A DNA stretch of 60,391 nucleotides, counting the filler, from Sphacelaria rigidula (Eukaryota), in the NCBI GenBank assembly GCA_964200075.2. It is 6 parts of 6 records of this genome, joined end to end, with 100 filler letters (N's around TTAATTAATTAA, not from the genome) between each part and the next. Parts side by side here need not be neighbours in the genome. Positions count along the whole stretch, not along the records: positions 50,414 to 60,391 come from CAXNAA020007372.1; 5 more parts are not named here. The stretch is one strand, 5' to 3'. Made by a program: the position numbers and the translations under genes. The notes under the pieces are model-generated. The model ran no database searches and was not told where the DNA came from. It saw only the letters and a list, made by a program, of their open reading frames with translations. Below are positions 57,301 through 60,391 of this stretch, one piece after another (position 1 is the stretch's first letter; each line of letters starts with the position of its first letter).

Positions 57301-60133
57301 AGTCAGTAGTGGAGTCATCAACGGTGGACTCGCCAATGGTGGAGTCGTCAGTGGTGGAGTCGTCAGTGGTGGAGTCGCCAGTGGTGGAATCATCAGCGGT
57401 GGAGTCGTCGGTCGTAGAGTCGTCAGTGATCGAGTCGTCAGTCGTGAAGTCGTCTGCAGTTGAGTCCGCAGTGGTCGAGTCACGGGGAGTGGGTTGTCCA
57501 TCGTCGAGTCGCCAGTGAACGAGTCATCAGTGGTGGCATCGTCAGTGGTCCACTCGTCGGTAAGTCAGTCGTCATTGAACGAGTCGTCAGTGGTGGATTT
57601 GTCAGTCAACGAGCCGTCAGTGGTCGAGTCGTCGTCGATCGAGTCGTCAGTAAACGAGTCGTCATCGGTCGAGTCGTCTGTTGTCGACCTGTCTTTTTCC
57701 AGGTTGTCCTTGGTCGCAGCCTCCACGGCTGTCTCGTCCGTGATCAAGAGTGCTGCGAGCAATTGATCAGGTCGTTTGTAGTACCGTCGTGTGTGATGAA
57801 GTAGAATATGATGAAGTTTCTGGTTGTCAACTTCGTGGTCGCCTCCTCAGTGGAGGAGTCTAACGGGGTAGATGCGTCAGTGAACGAGCGTCCGGTAGTC
57901 GAGTCGTACGCTGTTCATCAGACCGTCTGCGCTTGAGATGTAGCGGGATGTCATGTCTGGTTGAGTGGTGAGTTGTTGGATGGTCCATGACGAAGGCATC
58001 TATGGTGAGGTCGTCTGTCACCAACTCACCTGTCCTGGAGTCGTTAGTGGTGAGGTCATCGGTGGTGGAGTCGTCAGTGGTGGAGTCGTCTGCGGTCGAG
58101 TGCGCAGTGGTCGAGTCACGGTGAGTGCATCGTTCATCGTCGATTCGCCAGCGAAGGATTCATCGGTGGGGTCATCGTCAGTTGTCCAGTCGTTGGTAGG
58201 TCAGTCGTCATTGAACGAGTCGTCAGTGGTGGCATCGTCAGTATGCCGGTCGTCATTGAACGAGTCGTCATCGATCGAGTCGTTTGTTGTCGACCCGTCT
58301 CTGTCCAAATTGTCTTTGGTCGCCATCTTCATGGCTGTCTCGTCCGTGATCAAGATTGCTGTGAGCAAGTGATCAGGTCGTTTGTAGTACCGTCGTGTGT
58401 GGTGGGGTAGTATATGGTGGAGATTTCGGTCCTCAACCTTGTGGTCGCCTCGTCAGTGAAGGAGTCTAACGGGGTCGATGTATCAGCGGACGACCTTCTG
58501 GTGATCGAGTCGCTCGCGATTAGTCAGACCGTCTGCCGTTGAGTTATAGCGAAACGACATGCCTGGTCGAGTCGTGAGTTGTTGGATGGTCCACTACGAA
58601 GGCATCTATGGTGAGGTCGTCTGTCACTAACTCACCTGTCGTGAAGTCGTCGGTGGTGGAGTCATCAGTGGTGGAGTCGTTAGTGGTGGAGTCGTCGGTC
58701 GTGGAGTCGTCTGCGGTCGAGTCCGCAGTGGTCGAGTCACGGCGAGTGGGTCGTCCATCGTCGAGACGCCAGCGAACGAATCAACAGTGGTGGCATCGTC
58801 AGTGGTCCAGTCGTCGGTGAATCAGTTGTCATTGAACGAGTCGTCAGTGGAGCAGTTGTCAGTCAACGAGCCGTCAGTGGTGCAGTTGTCAGTCAACGAA
58901 CCGTCAGCGGTCGAGTCGTCGGCGATCGAGCCGTCAGTAAACGGGTCGTCATCAGTCGTGTCGTCGGTGGTCGACGCGTTTTTTGTTCGAACTGTCTTCG
59001 GTCGCTGCCTCCACGGCTGTCTCGCCCGTGATCAAGAGTGCTGTGAGCAAGTGATCAGGTCGTTTGTAGTACCGTCGTGTGTGATGAAGTAGTATATGGT
59101 GGAGATTCTGGTTGTCAACTTTGTGGTGGCCTGGTCAGTGGAGTTGTCTTACGGGGTCGATGGGTCGGTGAACGAGCGTCCGGTAGTCGAGTCGCTCGCG
59201 ATTAGTCAGACCGTCTGCCTTTGAGTCGTAGCGGGACGTCATGCCTGGTTGAGTCGTGAGTTGTTGGATGGTCCATGACGAAGGCATCTATGGTGAGGTC
59301 GTTTGTCACCAACTCATCTGTCGTGAAGTCGTCAGTGGTGGAGTCGTCGGTGGTGGAGTCGTCGGTGGTGGAGTCGTCAGTGATCGAGTCGTCAGCGATC
59401 GAGTCGTTGGTCTTGGAGTCGTCTGCGGTCAAGTCCGCAGTGGTCGAGTCACGGCGAGTGGGTCGTGTATCGTCGAGTCGCCAGCGAGCGAATCAATAGT
59501 GGTGGCAACGTCAGTGGTGCAGTCGTCGGTGGATAAGTTGTCATTGAACAAGTCGTCAGTGGAGCAGTTGTCTGTCAACGAGCCGTCATGGGTTGAACTG
59601 TCAGGCCACGAACTGTCAGGGGTCGAGTCGTCGGCGATCGAGTCGTCAGTAAACGAGTCGTCATCGGTCGAGTCGTCGGTGGTCGACGTGCTTCTGTTCG
59701 AACTGTGTTCGGTCGCCGCCTTCGTGGCTGTCTCGCCGGTGATCAAGAGTGCTGTGAGCAAGTGATCAGGTCGCTTATAGTACCGTCGTGTGTGATGAAG
59801 TAGTATATGGTGGAGATTCTGGCTGTGAACTTCGTGGTCGCCTCGTCAGGGAAGGTGTCTAACGGGGTCGATGCGTCGGTGAAGGAGCGTCCGGTAGTCG
59901 AGTCGCTCGCGATTATTGAGACCGTTTGTCCTCGAGTCTGAGCAGAATGTCATGCCCGGTTGAGTCGTGAGTTGTTGGATGGTCCATGACGAAGGGATCT
60001 GTGGTAAGGTCGTCTGTCACCAACTCACCTGTCGTGGAGTCGTCAGTGGTCGAGTCATCGGTGGTCGAGTCGTCAGTGATGGAATCGTCAGTGGTGGAGT
60101 CGTCAGTGATAGAGTCGTTGGTCGTGGAGTCGT
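51331..60133 (-). CDS. Hypothetical spliced Asp/Ser/Thr-rich (DDSTT)n protein, internal phase-1 exons only
   Basis: Stop-free blocks bounded by CAG| and |GTGAG on the minus strand: 60029-60133, 58636-58710, 58030-58089, 57289-57453, 56577-56711, 55836-56000, 55095-55259, 54430-54534, 52021-52137, 51331-51390. No start or stop exon was identified and there is no transcript evidence. Confidence 0.35.
53979..54228. mobile_element. 250-bp MITE (PIF/Harbinger-like by its 3-bp TSD) inserted in the repeat array
   Basis: TIRs GACACTTTCGACGATAGCCCTTTCC and (reverse complement) GCACACTTTCTACCATAGCCCCCCTCC; CAA is duplicated at 53976-53978 and 54229-54231, where sister units read GTCAACTT. Confidence 0.8.
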
Positions 60134-60327
60134 CTGCTGTCGTGTTTACAGTGGTCGAGTAACGGCGAGTGAGTCGTCCATTGTCGAGACGCCAGCGAAC
60201 GAATCAACAGTGGTGGCATCGTCAGCGGTCCAGTCGTCGGTGAATCAGTTGTCATTGAACGATCCGTCAGTGGTGGAGTTGTCAGTCAACAAGCCGTCAG
60301 GGGTTGAACTGGTCGTCAACTTTGTGG

Positions 60328-60391
60328 GAGGAATGCTACGGTAGGGGTGCACTTTTTTCGCGAAATTTTGTCTGGTTCAGAGGCTCCTAAC
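60328..60391 (+). repeat. Repeat or transposon terminus truncating the array at the window end
   Basis: GAGGAATGCTACGGTAGGGGTGCAC..., related to 9774 and to the reverse complements of 102-134 and 20205-20235. Confidence 0.55.

Larger units (their letters stand above)
51170..60327 (-). repeat. Hierarchical tandem repeat: 15-bp GACGACTC(C/G)ACCACT (DDSTT) monomer within ~13 higher-order units of ~600-750 bp
   Basis: The anchor GAAGGCATCTATGGT, or a close variant, recurs at ~53342, 54392, 55057, 55798, 56539, 57251, 57992, 58598, 59280 and 59991, with more diverged units at 51.2-53.2 kb. Confidence 0.95.

Noticed and set aside
51302-60344. Plus-strand (VESSV)n and (GGVVS)n ORFs and minus-strand (TTPPL)n ORFs
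   Set aside because: These are alternative frames of the 15-bp monomer; they are short, interrupted and lack conserved boundaries.

Overview
This is eukaryotic, repeat-rich DNA, most likely from a brown alga (Phaeophyceae; inferred from the EsV-1-7 repeat protein and the one-repeat-per-exon TPR gene). It is not one locus. It is six ~10 kb contigs (1-9983, 10084-20066, 20167-30149, 30250-40231, 40332-50313, 50414-60391) joined in decreasing size order by an artificial 100-nt linker (N44-TTAATTAATTAA-N44). Contig 1 holds a decayed Ty3/Gypsy retrotransposon with an unusual C-terminal module. Contig 2 is mostly repeat debris, including a 1.48 kb non-autonomous hAT-like element. Contig 3 has an intronless 1292-aa ORF with 28 tandem 38-aa C-x4-C-x16-C-x2-H (EsV-1-7) repeats that vary mainly at two clusters of positions. 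Contig 4 has the 3' part of a TPR gene: 14 tandem 126-nt phase-0 exons plus a terminal exon. Contig 5 is a circularly permuted chromodomain-bearing Ty3/Gypsy element (its two ends rejoin in frame) plus a 4 kb spacer carrying a CCA-tailed, TSD-flanked tRNA-His retrocopy. Contig 6 is a hierarchical 15-bp/~700-bp repeat that may be a spliced array of (DDSTT)n exons whose introns are decayed copies of the same repeat. All calls were made by eye; no searches were run.
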